Shown in pieces: positions 19,253-27,547 of a DNA stretch of 64,000 nucleotides. This stretch comes from Deltaproteobacteria bacterium (GTDB taxonomy: Bacteria; Desulfobacterota; Desulfobulbia; Desulfobulbales; VMSU01). Under the pieces are notes generated by a model that saw nothing but the letters and a program-made list of their open reading frames with translations, had not been told where the DNA came from and did no database searches. The stretch lies in assembly GCA_024275235.1 (NCBI GenBank), contig JAJRZN010000012.1:5279-69278 (forward strand). The letters run 5' to 3'. Position 1 is the stretch's first letter; the number at the start of each line of letters is the position of its first letter. The translations under genes and the position numbers were made by a program.

Positions 19253-20072
19253 GATCGTCCTCCCCACCCCGTTGCCGCTGTTTCTCCTGCGCCGCTTCCA
19301 CTAACGACAATGATTCCTGCCAGGATTTTTGGCAAAAGGCAATGAAGGGCTTTAAACTCTCCAAATACGACAAAAGTTCATCACCGCCCCGGACTTGCCC
19401 CGCTTCAAAATGATATGCCGAAAGCAGATCAATATATTCCTTGCGCTGTTCCCTTGGAATGATTATTGGCGGAAGTCCTGCCTGTAAAACCGGAAGATTG
19501 GCCACCAAACGAGCCATACGGCCATTGCCGTCAAAAAAAGGATGAATACGGACGAAGGTGACATGCAGACAGGCATATGCGGTTACTGCTTGTTCTGTAT
19601 CCTCAGAACGAACCTGCCGACTCACATCATGATATAGATCAAACCAACGCTCCATGAGGGCTGGAACGTCATCGGGGGGAGCATAATCAAAAATAATCTG
19701 TTTGCCAGCCACAACCCCGGTGGTGGAATTTGGTTCTCTCTTCCAGGCCCCGACAGGCTTATAGACATCAACAACCACCTCAGTCTGTACCGCCGCATGA
19801 AGGGCAAAGAGTTCCGACTCCCCCAACTCTTTACCCTCCTGGAGCAGCTGATAAAGAAGATCAATGGCCTTGGCATGCCCCACCACCTCCTGATGATCTT
19901 TGAGGGGTTTACCGGATATGGTCAGCCCCTCCTCAAGGACAAAGGCAGTCTCGCCAAGGGTGAGGGTATTGCCCTCTATGGCCGTGGAACTATGAGTCCA
20001 CAGGTTGCGGAGCTGGATGAGCAGGGTTTGGCGGAGATCGGGGTCTATGTTGGCAAGAAACGATAGGTGCAT
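19242..20072 (-). CDS. Fic family protein (class II, with N-terminal inhibitory motif)
   Basis: It has the canonical active-site motif HPFFDGNGRMAR and an N-terminal STAIEG matching the [ST]xxxE[GN] auto-inhibition helix. The start was chosen at Met 20072 (GAGGA upstream), 10 nt after the cas7 stop. Confidence 0.85.
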   Translation of the reverse strand: MHLSFLANIDPDLRQTLLIQLRNLWTHSSTAIEGNTLTLGETAFVLEEGLTISGKPLKDHQEVVGHAKAIDLLYQLLQEGKELGESELFALHAAVQTEVVVDVYKPVGAWKREPNSTTGVVAGKQIIFDYAPPDDVPALMERWFDLYHDVSRQVRSEDTEQAVTAYACLHVTFVRIHPFFDGNGRMARLVANLPVLQAGLPPIIIPREQRKEYIDLLSAYHFEAGQVRGGDELLSYLESLKPFIAFCQKSWQESLSLVEAAQEKQRQRGGEDDHGK

Positions 20073-20082
20073 ATAAAAATCC

Positions 20083-20934
20083 TCAAAAACCATCAATGAT
20101 TTCGGGTGGATCAATTTCTTTAACTGACTCAATAGAAATATTAACCCCGGAACTTTCCTCTATAATTTTTAAGCTTCGATGAACCTTAGCTGATGAAACT
20201 TTACCGTTGGGACATTTATGATCCCACCAGACAACCTTAAGAACCTCCATGCTTCCTTCTGGTCGTGCAGAGGATGCGTCATTTTCAAAAAGTTTCGGTA
20301 GAATGTCTTTTACGATTTTGGCATCGTCATCACTAAAACCTGTTTTAGAGGCAAGTTGCGGGTTCATGCTTCCAAAAAACGCATATGTCCCGTGATCCAC
20401 ACGATGCTTAATTCACATCGTATCAGAACTTTTTTTCTTTCCGTCACCCTCACCACTAACACTTTTGGTTATTTGTGTACTGGTTATATCCACCGGAGAT
20501 ATAGAAAACGCTGTATGAACTGAAACCGGCCCTCTAATTCCAATTGAGACTCCTGCGCCTTTTTTGTCGCCGGCATAGGCAAAGACTTGGCCAAAGGCTC
20601 TGACATCAAACCATTTTTCACAAACCGCATCAGCAATTTCTCTTGATGTTTTAGTATTATCAAATATTTTTTTCCCGCTAATATCTGTAGCCTTTTCAGC
20701 ACGTTCACGCAGACTATTGCATTCATCCAATTTATTGTCATCAGATTGTACAAAAATATCTTTACCCTTTTCCATAAGACGGTTCCGAATTTTCCGTTTG
20801 ATACATACATCAGAGACTTCTCCAATCCTGTCATAATTTGTCCGAGGGCGGTTTCCATTCAGGGGGTCACCATTTGGATTGGCATTTTTTACGGTGAAGA
20901 TTACAGCAAAATCAATTTTTTTCGTTAAGCTCAT
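20083..20934 (-). pseudogene. cas7: Cas7 (Csd2, type I-C backbone subunit) interrupted by an in-frame TGA at 20413-20415
   Basis: The start is at Met 20934 with AAGGAGA upstream. The N-terminal part reads FAVIFTVKNANPNGDP (Csd2 signature). The junction reads ...KKSSDTM*IKHRVDHGTYAFFGSMNPQLASKTGFSDDDA...FENDASSARPEGSMEV, which is continuous Csd2 family sequence in one frame. Confidence 0.85.
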
Positions 20935-21316
20935 CGTTTGTCTCCTTATTTGCATTATTTTCAGGATTAAAAGCTAACCGTTGGCAGTGAAAACCTAAAA
21001 GGAATTCCCCGGATAATGAACTGTCGGACGAATAACCTTCCACGTCGGTGAATAAACCATGAATCAAATCCATTTCCTTTTCATACTTATTGCTTCGACT
21101 CAATCTTGCCTTGTATGGGACAAGGGCTAATTCAATAGTTTTCCAGGTGCTACTTGGGCGTTCAGCAAACCTTTGCATCAATTTTGTTGCGCTTGTTTGT
21201 CTATTTTTACTGTTTTCACTTGCGACATAAAGCGCAGTTGATTCCAAACAATCCGCAACAGCCAACAAACGCCCGTACAAATAGTCCCTGGTCTTTCGTT
21301 CTCGTTCTAGTCCCAT
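20912..21316 (-). CDS. cas11: candidate internally translated small subunit Cas11c (in frame within the 3' end of cas8c)
   Basis: An in-frame ATG at 21314-21316 is preceded by AGGGAGGA at 7-8 nt (plus strand tcctccct, 21324-21331). It would give 134 aa (MGLERERKTRDYLYGRLLAVAD...). Type I-C systems are known to make Cas11 from an internal start in cas8c. Confidence 0.55.
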   Translation of the reverse strand: MGLERERKTRDYLYGRLLAVADCLESTALYVASENSKNRQTSATKLMQRFAERPSSTWKTIELALVPYKARLSRSNKYEKEMDLIHGLFTDVEGYSSDSSLSGEFLLGFHCQRLAFNPENNANKETNDELNEKN

Positions 21317-23275
21317 CGTATAATCCTCCCTTTCTTTGAAATAATATTTGTAAAGTCCACAAGCAATCCCCAATGCCTTCTGCCAGGCCCAATCTGGAAG
21401 ACTGTATCTCTGAACCGCCTTTCTGATACAAGATTCAACTATATCCCAAGCGAGAGGCACTCCATCAATTACGCACGGTATCAAACGTTCAACCGTTGTT
21501 TTTTGGACATTGTCATCGACCTTGATGAGATCATCATCTTTGGTTCCATAAGCGGCTTGGGCAATATCTTTTGGGGATGGAGCACCATAAAATTCCTTGT
21601 CTTTTGAAAAATGCTGAAGCCAAGCACACCCCTTATGCCAGGTTTCTATTCTTTTTAAAAAATCAGAACCAGTCAGTTCCCGGTAGTAGGTCAACACCAT
21701 CCGGCCCGGAGTCGCAGAATCGACTCCCATGACAATAATTTCATCTGCACTGCCCAGCTTTACGCTATACCCTGAAAGATACTGAGAAAGGCGAACACCA
21801 AAATCTTGCGCAGTAAATCCGTTCTGTATTCTTGCTCCCGAGGAGGCTTCATTTATCGTTGAATCATCGTTTAACAAATCATCGCTGTCCACAAGCGGGT
21901 CGGGTATATCCATGCCGGATACCGCCCATGCAACAATAGCCAATTTGGGCTCATTTTTAACAAAAAACACTTTACCTTGTCTTCCAAGCAGCCAACGTAA
22001 TGCACTGTGCGCCTTTTGAGCAATAATGACATCAACACCACAAACTTGATATTCATCTGTGAACCGACCCCTAAATGTAAATCCAGAAGTGTCATTTGAT
22101 GAAATTAGCTTTGCTCCATCATTGGCGGATCGAATCATCCGTGGATATTGTTCCGGCTGAAACTTCTGACATCCTGACTTCGATTCTCCCGAAACAAAAC
22201 AAAATGTTTCATACTTTCTGGTGCTAAGATAGTAGTCAATCCAACTTTGCCAAACAGACTTATCAAATTGAAGATCAGAAGATCTCTCCCCTGGGATCTC
22301 AACACACCAACGAATAAATACGTCTATTTGGGTCTGACCTTGCCCTAATGCTCTAAATATATCCGGCTTTTCTTCTCTTCTCCCATGCCATTTTTTAAGG
22401 AGGGTTCCTGTCTCATCATCAATATAGAGGACTTTTTTTCTTACCAGGTCAGTAATTAATTTTCCTTTACGAATGTATTTATAAACTGCTTTTATTTTTT
22501 CGTTTGCAAAACCTGACTCAACCCACTCTTCTAACACTTCTAAGTATCCAGCATAGCCAGCTTCAATTGAAGGGTAAATAAATTCCAAAATAGCGGCTTT
22601 CAAATGAACGTTTTCTCTGTCATGAAAATTGTCAGCATTATCAACTCTTTTTAGCAAATATATATATTGTTTTTTCTCTTTTCTTTTCTTTTCAGTTAAC
22701 AGATCATCCTCTTTTCGAATCAATGAATTTTTAGGGTTCAACAAATTATAGTAAATTTGATCAGTTTGGCGTCGTCTAATATCCTCCTCCATGATCGAAG
22801 CAAACAACTTCTTTTGTCTACTGAAATTATTTTCTGATTCAAGTATTCTTTGATTTTCTCTTGAAATTCTGGCTAAACATCCTTGTTTATCCTTACTGCC
22901 ATCATGCAATAAATTATTAAATGATTTTTCATTCCCTTTGAATTTAACTAACAATGAATGAAAGTAGTGACCTTTAGTCCCACCATATTTCTCATAATCA
23001 GCAGCAATATACTGTAGCTGCTCGGCTAAAGGATGAGGAGCGCAACCACTTGTTCTCCCCGCAGAGCTTTCCGTTGCAGGCAAAATAGTTTTCGCATCAT
23101 TTTCAGAGATAACAGAAGCTCTCTTGAATACACCTTGCCCATCAACCACGACTTCTACATGTGCACGTTTTTTTGTTGTGTGAAATATTGGCAATAAAGG
23201 AATTTTATCATTTGGATCGCCGATTTTGTCAGTATTACTTTCATACGTTTGGTACAGCTTCTCAATCCAGCTCAT
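20912..23275 (-). CDS. cas8c: Cas8c (Csd1) large subunit, unusually long
   Basis: The MSWIEKLYQTYE N-terminus is typical of Csd1. It lies between cas5 and cas7. It is about 787 aa from Met 23275. It overlaps cas5 and cas7 at both ends. Confidence 0.85.
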   Translation of the reverse strand: MSWIEKLYQTYESNTDKIGDPNDKIPLLPIFHTTKKRAHVEVVVDGQGVFKRASVISENDAKTILPATESSAGRTSGCAPHPLAEQLQYIAADYEKYGGTKGHYFHSLLVKFKGNEKSFNNLLHDGSKDKQGCLARISRENQRILESENNFSRQKKLFASIMEEDIRRRQTDQIYYNLLNPKNSLIRKEDDLLTEKKRKEKKQYIYLLKRVDNADNFHDRENVHLKAAILEFIYPSIEAGYAGYLEVLEEWVESGFANEKIKAVYKYIRKGKLITDLVRKKVLYIDDETGTLLKKWHGRREEKPDIFRALGQGQTQIDVFIRWCVEIPGERSSDLQFDKSVWQSWIDYYLSTRKYETFCFVSGESKSGCQKFQPEQYPRMIRSANDGAKLISSNDTSGFTFRGRFTDEYQVCGVDVIIAQKAHSALRWLLGRQGKVFFVKNEPKLAIVAWAVSGMDIPDPLVDSDDLLNDDSTINEASSGARIQNGFTAQDFGVRLSQYLSGYSVKLGSADEIIVMGVDSATPGRMVLTYYRELTGSDFLKRIETWHKGCAWLQHFSKDKEFYGAPSPKDIAQAAYGTKDDDLIKVDDNVQKTTVERLIPCVIDGVPLAWDIVESCIRKAVQRYSLPDWAWQKALGIACGLYKYYFKEREDYTMGLERERKTRDYLYGRLLAVADCLESTALYVASENSKNRQTSATKLMQRFAERPSSTWKTIELALVPYKARLSRSNKYEKEMDLIHGLFTDVEGYSSDSSLSGEFLLGFHCQRLAFNPENNANKETNDELNEKN

Positions 23276-24041
23276 TTTGTAGCGCCTCCTCATTGATTCC
23301 TATAGATTTGGGAGGATTGGGTATCATATCACGCACAAATTTCCGCATGGTACATTCCTCTGGACGTATAAACCGAATGACCCCTTTTTTCATAACTGGT
23401 TTCCAGAAACGACTATGGAGACGATATTCCCCATTCTCATCTGGCTTACCATATTCAGTTGTTTTTCCCGTTTCATCGGGATAATCAAATCCATGAAACA
23501 TGATGCCGTAATCCAGACGCTCAATATCATCATACGCTCCATCTCCCTGACCGAAATCACACGGCTCGACATATCCCTGGCATTCTCGCGCCCCCAAAAA
23601 GATATCCTGCCTCCCACCTCTTTCTATCATCCGTTGAGCAATCTGAAAATGTTTACCATCAATCCGGTCGCTAGCCATATCTTCCCTAAACTTATTCCAT
23701 TTGAAATGGGCTTTAACCTGATATTCAACATCTGCAAGATAGGTGTACATTGCCAAGGTGTTGAAAGATTCTTGCTTTTTTGTTGGATTACGCCGTGAAG
23801 GATAAATACCTCCGTAATTAAGTGGTTTGACACTCTTGGCTTCGGTTCTGATAGGTTTCATGATTCTAACCGCATCAATAATCCAGATTAAGGTAGGCTT
23901 CCAGTACACCGATTTAAGAATTCCTTTTAATACCTCGTAAGTAGGAATGTGGTAGGAACATTTTTCACCACCTATTTTTGTTAATGGATCAGTAAAGAGA
24001 GCGTGTCGCCCACTTATTTTAAATTCAACGTTGTTTCTCAC
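23262..24041 (-). CDS. cas5: Cas5d (type I-C pre-crRNA processing subunit)
   Basis: 259 aa. MRNNVEFKISGRHALFTDPLTKIGGEKCSYHIPTYEVLKGILKSVYWKP is the Cas5d N-terminal signature. Confidence 0.9.
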   Translation of the reverse strand: MRNNVEFKISGRHALFTDPLTKIGGEKCSYHIPTYEVLKGILKSVYWKPTLIWIIDAVRIMKPIRTEAKSVKPLNYGGIYPSRRNPTKKQESFNTLAMYTYLADVEYQVKAHFKWNKFREDMASDRIDGKHFQIAQRMIERGGRQDIFLGARECQGYVEPCDFGQGDGAYDDIERLDYGIMFHGFDYPDETGKTTEYGKPDENGEYRLHSRFWKPVMKKGVIRFIRPEECTMRKFVRDMIPNPPKSIGINEEALQNELD

Positions 24042-24051
24042 TCGGACCTCC

Positions 24052-26523
24052 TTATGCGTTTAAAAATTCCATAGGTGAAACTGGCTCTTCACTCACGCCA
24101 AACTCTCTACTATAGTGCTGTTGGTCTAAGTGCAATATTCCGTAGTCGCTTTGCGTCTGAAATAACACCCCTTTTCTTATTAAAACCTCCTTCAGATAAG
24201 GAAAAATATTCACAGAATACTGTTGGGCAGCTTCCAGAAGCTTTTTTTCTTCCTTCAAGGATAATTTTGATGATAGTTTCATAATGATTGATTTCGCTTC
24301 ACCATTAAAGGGCACCATAATTCCTTCGGTCGGCGCATCAATAACTCGGAAATTTTTTCCTGCGGTCTTAAATGACTGCCATAAATAATAAGGTGGCTTT
24401 GCCTTATCGTTAGATCTGCTATATGCCGCAAACGATTCAAAGTTTGTAGACAATAAAGATAGCATGTCATCATCACGGCCAATTTCATTCCGAGATAGCC
24501 GATAACTCATTTCATGGGATCGCTGAAAAAAATAATACTTATAAAATCGTTTCATGGCGTTGGGGCCAATTAGGTCATAATCAAACTCTTCTGGCGTTTT
24601 TCTAAACTCATCAAGAATGCGTAGCGTAACCTTTTGGGCTATCTTCATCTCCCGCAGGTTGGCAAGATTCTCTGCTTTAAGGTTAACAATCTGAACCACA
24701 CCCAACCCATTTTTCTGTAACCCACTTCGGTTACAACGTCCCGCCGCCTGAGCAATCGAATCCAGTCCGGCCAGGCATCGAATAACCGCCCCAAAGTCAG
24801 CGTCAACACCAGCCTCAATAAGCTGTGTGCTTATACAGATAACGGGTTGAGGGTTGACTGGATCGAGATCATCAAGCACCCTGCCCAATGTATCTTTGCG
24901 ATGTTTCGGACACATGGATGTACTGAGGTGAAATACATTTTTGAACAGCCTCTTGCAAATTACATACAGATTTTTTGCTGTAGCCTTGGTGTTGGCAACA
25001 ACCAAAACGCTTCCCTTGGCCTGAAGAAGATCCATGACACGCTCCGCCAGCTCATCTTCCATCCAACCTCCATCTTTTAAGCAATCCTGGACGTTAACCC
25101 GTTTTAACACCTTATAGAGTGGGGGATAATCAACTATCTCAAGTTCACTAGAATATGGGACCGCCCCCTTAGAAGCATCAACACTATGCAAAAGCGGCTG
25201 AGTTGCTGTACAGAAAACGACTGTGGAAGAACAAATTCCCGTCAACAAATTGATAGCATTGTTAAAAAGATGGACTGTCTTAATAGGCAATGTTTGAATT
25301 TCATCAAAAATAATGACTGATTTAGCCAACTGGTGCATACGACGTACGCTACGTGTTCCACCACTAAACAATGTGTCCAGAAATTGAACTGATGTGGTAA
25401 ATACAATTGGCGCATCCCAATTTTCTGAAAGAATGCGATTACGCTGAGTGTCTTTATCTGGAACCAAGTTTGAATGGTGTTCCAAGACTATTTCATGGGA
25501 AACAGCAGCGAAAATTTTGGCCACCTCAGAGGCATTCTGGTCAATAATTGAAGTATAGGGAATAACATAAATTATTCGGTCAAGTTTGTGTTTCATTGCA
25601 TGATGGAGAGCAAAACGAAGGCTGGCAAATGTTTTGCCACCGCCAGTTGGCACCGTCAGATAATAAAGTCCTTGTTTGCCACTTGCCCTCTGCATACACG
25701 ACAACGAAACTTCGCACCTTTTCTGGTCAATCATATTTTTAATTCTAAATTTTTTGGATTCAAAACAATCGATCAATTTAAGCCAAGATGGATATTGCCC
25801 AAGGTAGCGCAATTTCGCATCTTCCGGATTGTCAAAATCGGCAGTACTTATCCGGTCAGCATCAATCAAACAACTGAAAAGAAAACGAGTCAGCAACCCT
25901 TTTGCGAAGAGCCGTATTTGTCCGTCAAAGAGCCCATGAATTTGGCTAATAACTGCTTTTAGCTGCTCATTTTTTTCATTTGAATTGATGATATTGTTAA
26001 TACTGTCTGCAATAGATTTATCGGTTTTTTCTTTTACTTCAAAATAGTGAGTTAACGCAGCATCTTTTGTCAAACGGATAGTTAATTTATCCTCACCAGA
26101 TATATCAAGCAAATCAATTAATCCAGAATGGTGTGAGACTCCACATAATGCGATAATTTCTTTTAATATTCTGCCAATCTTGATTTCTTTACTTAGGGAT
26201 TCACAAACCCACTGAGCTCCAGCGGTAGAATGGTCTATTTGCCCCCTGAGCGGCTCTGGATTCATATAACCCCGGTCTCCTTTACAAAGTAACCCTACCG
26301 CAGATTTGATATAGCGTTGAAATACAAAACTATATTTCCCTACGTCGTGCAATAGACCTAACAGTGTTCCTATTTGTCTCAAGCCTATTTTGCTCGCAAA
26401 ATCTCCCGAAAAATTAGCAGCCTCATTGAGATGACTTTCCAGCGAATGAATTAGCCACTCGCCAGATACTTCATCTTGACGAGCGTGAGCAATTACTGAT
26501 GAACCCATTCCTCCTCCATTCAT
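24052..26523 (-). CDS. cas3: Cas3 HD nuclease / DEAD-box helicase
   Basis: 823 aa. It has an HD domain (LLGLLHDVGKY, ...SHHSG), a helicase Walker A (LTVPTGGGKTF), a DEIQ box (IIFDEIQT) and a C-terminal helicase domain. Confidence 0.92.
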   Translation of the reverse strand: MNGGGMGSSVIAHARQDEVSGEWLIHSLESHLNEAANFSGDFASKIGLRQIGTLLGLLHDVGKYSFVFQRYIKSAVGLLCKGDRGYMNPEPLRGQIDHSTAGAQWVCESLSKEIKIGRILKEIIALCGVSHHSGLIDLLDISGEDKLTIRLTKDAALTHYFEVKEKTDKSIADSINNIINSNEKNEQLKAVISQIHGLFDGQIRLFAKGLLTRFLFSCLIDADRISTADFDNPEDAKLRYLGQYPSWLKLIDCFESKKFRIKNMIDQKRCEVSLSCMQRASGKQGLYYLTVPTGGGKTFASLRFALHHAMKHKLDRIIYVIPYTSIIDQNASEVAKIFAAVSHEIVLEHHSNLVPDKDTQRNRILSENWDAPIVFTTSVQFLDTLFSGGTRSVRRMHQLAKSVIIFDEIQTLPIKTVHLFNNAINLLTGICSSTVVFCTATQPLLHSVDASKGAVPYSSELEIVDYPPLYKVLKRVNVQDCLKDGGWMEDELAERVMDLLQAKGSVLVVANTKATAKNLYVICKRLFKNVFHLSTSMCPKHRKDTLGRVLDDLDPVNPQPVICISTQLIEAGVDADFGAVIRCLAGLDSIAQAAGRCNRSGLQKNGLGVVQIVNLKAENLANLREMKIAQKVTLRILDEFRKTPEEFDYDLIGPNAMKRFYKYYFFQRSHEMSYRLSRNEIGRDDDMLSLLSTNFESFAAYSRSNDKAKPPYYLWQSFKTAGKNFRVIDAPTEGIMVPFNGEAKSIIMKLSSKLSLKEEKKLLEAAQQYSVNIFPYLKEVLIRKGVLFQTQSDYGILHLDQQHYSREFGVSEEPVSPMEFLNA

Positions 26524-26657
26524 ATTTTCTATATGATCTTTTTCTACTTTTATTTTCCCAAAAACTTAGTATTAATCTACCCAAATCACTACTAAACTCA
26601 TCGTCTTTACAAATAATTAATTTTTAGCAGATAATGCACGTATAATAACCGGATCTT

Positions 26658-27472
26658 TTATCCATCGTTGCCCACAATCTCCCGAAACAACTCATTCAGC
26701 GGTTCCACCGACGCAGATATCTTTTTTAAGCCAGAGGCTGTTTCGGCAAACCGAAACAACTCCCTTTCTATAAAATCATTCAGCACCGGCAACCTGGACT
26801 CAAGATCAAGTTCACAGCCCTTTTGCTTTCTCTCCAGCAGCGAACAAACCGCCTCATACACCATTGTTTCATCAGAGGATATTTTATTTAGTAATACGGC
26901 AAAAGGCACCGGTACAGCAATACGACTACGATCGTATGCGATGGACTTTTTTATCTCCAGCCAACGCAGGGCCAATAAGGGACGAAGGACGTACAGATAT
27001 TTTTTGATTCGTACGGTTTCTCCCCGTAAATAATCCCGGTAATTCCTTTGCGCCATGTGCAGGTAGTGATAAAAACATGAGCGGGGAGAATAATACTGCG
27101 GCAGCAAATTGCACGGTTTCTCCCTGAACCCGGCACAATCAATATAAACTATCGGCGAGTGAAGCCATTCTATCAGTGGAGAATTTGTTTTTTGAAATAA
27201 ATTTAACGCCTTCCGTATGTCCCAACCGCTGATATCAAGGTCGTTTTCTATCTCCGGTTCAATGACATCCCGTTTTCTTTCCAGATCGATGCTGAGGTAC
27301 CATTCAAGGAGCGGACATAGATGAAACGGATATCCCAGTCACTGTCCCTTAAGGCAAAGCCCCAGGCCCTGCTTCCGGATTCACAGGCATAAAGAATGGT
27401 GATGCTCTCTGTGTCTTCCAACTTTTCTAACCGTGAAACGATCAATCCATGCTGGTCTTTATTGTTCATCAT
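26658..27472 (-). pseudogene. nucleotidyltransferase (RlaP / PF10127-like, DNA polymerase beta superfamily), single frameshift
   Basis: The N-terminal ORF reads ...[27 protein letters not shown] and then leaves the family frame. The -1-shifted frame continues [38 protein letters not shown]...KKYLYVLRPLLALRWLE to the stop at 26658. Confidence 0.65.
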
Positions 27473-27484
27473 TCCCCCTTGCCC

Positions 27485-27547
27485 TACACCCTAACACACC
27501 CCCTGGGTCATATAGTGACCCACCCCCCAAATTTATTTCATTTTTTT
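27485..27547. repeat. 63-bp direct repeat, copy A, containing palindrome TGGGTCA-N5-TGACCCA
   Basis: tacaccctaacacaccccctgggtcatatagtgacccaccccccaaatttatttcattttttt has 3 mismatches to copy B. It overlaps the 3' end and stop of bro-N copy 2. Confidence 0.8.

Noticed and set aside
20413-20415. The TGA in cas7 might be a selenocysteine codon. A 4-bp hairpin CGUG-UGGAU-CACG lies 9 nt downstream.
   Set aside because: The site is not a redox Cys position, Cas7 is not a known selenoprotein, and the hairpin is very weak and too close to the UGA. A nonsense mutation or a sequencing error is far more likely.
27507-27525. The palindrome TGGGTCA-N5-TGACCCA in the 63-bp repeats might be a rho-independent terminator.
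   Set aside because: No U-tract follows it on the coding (minus) strand. I report it as a possible operator or cassette end instead.
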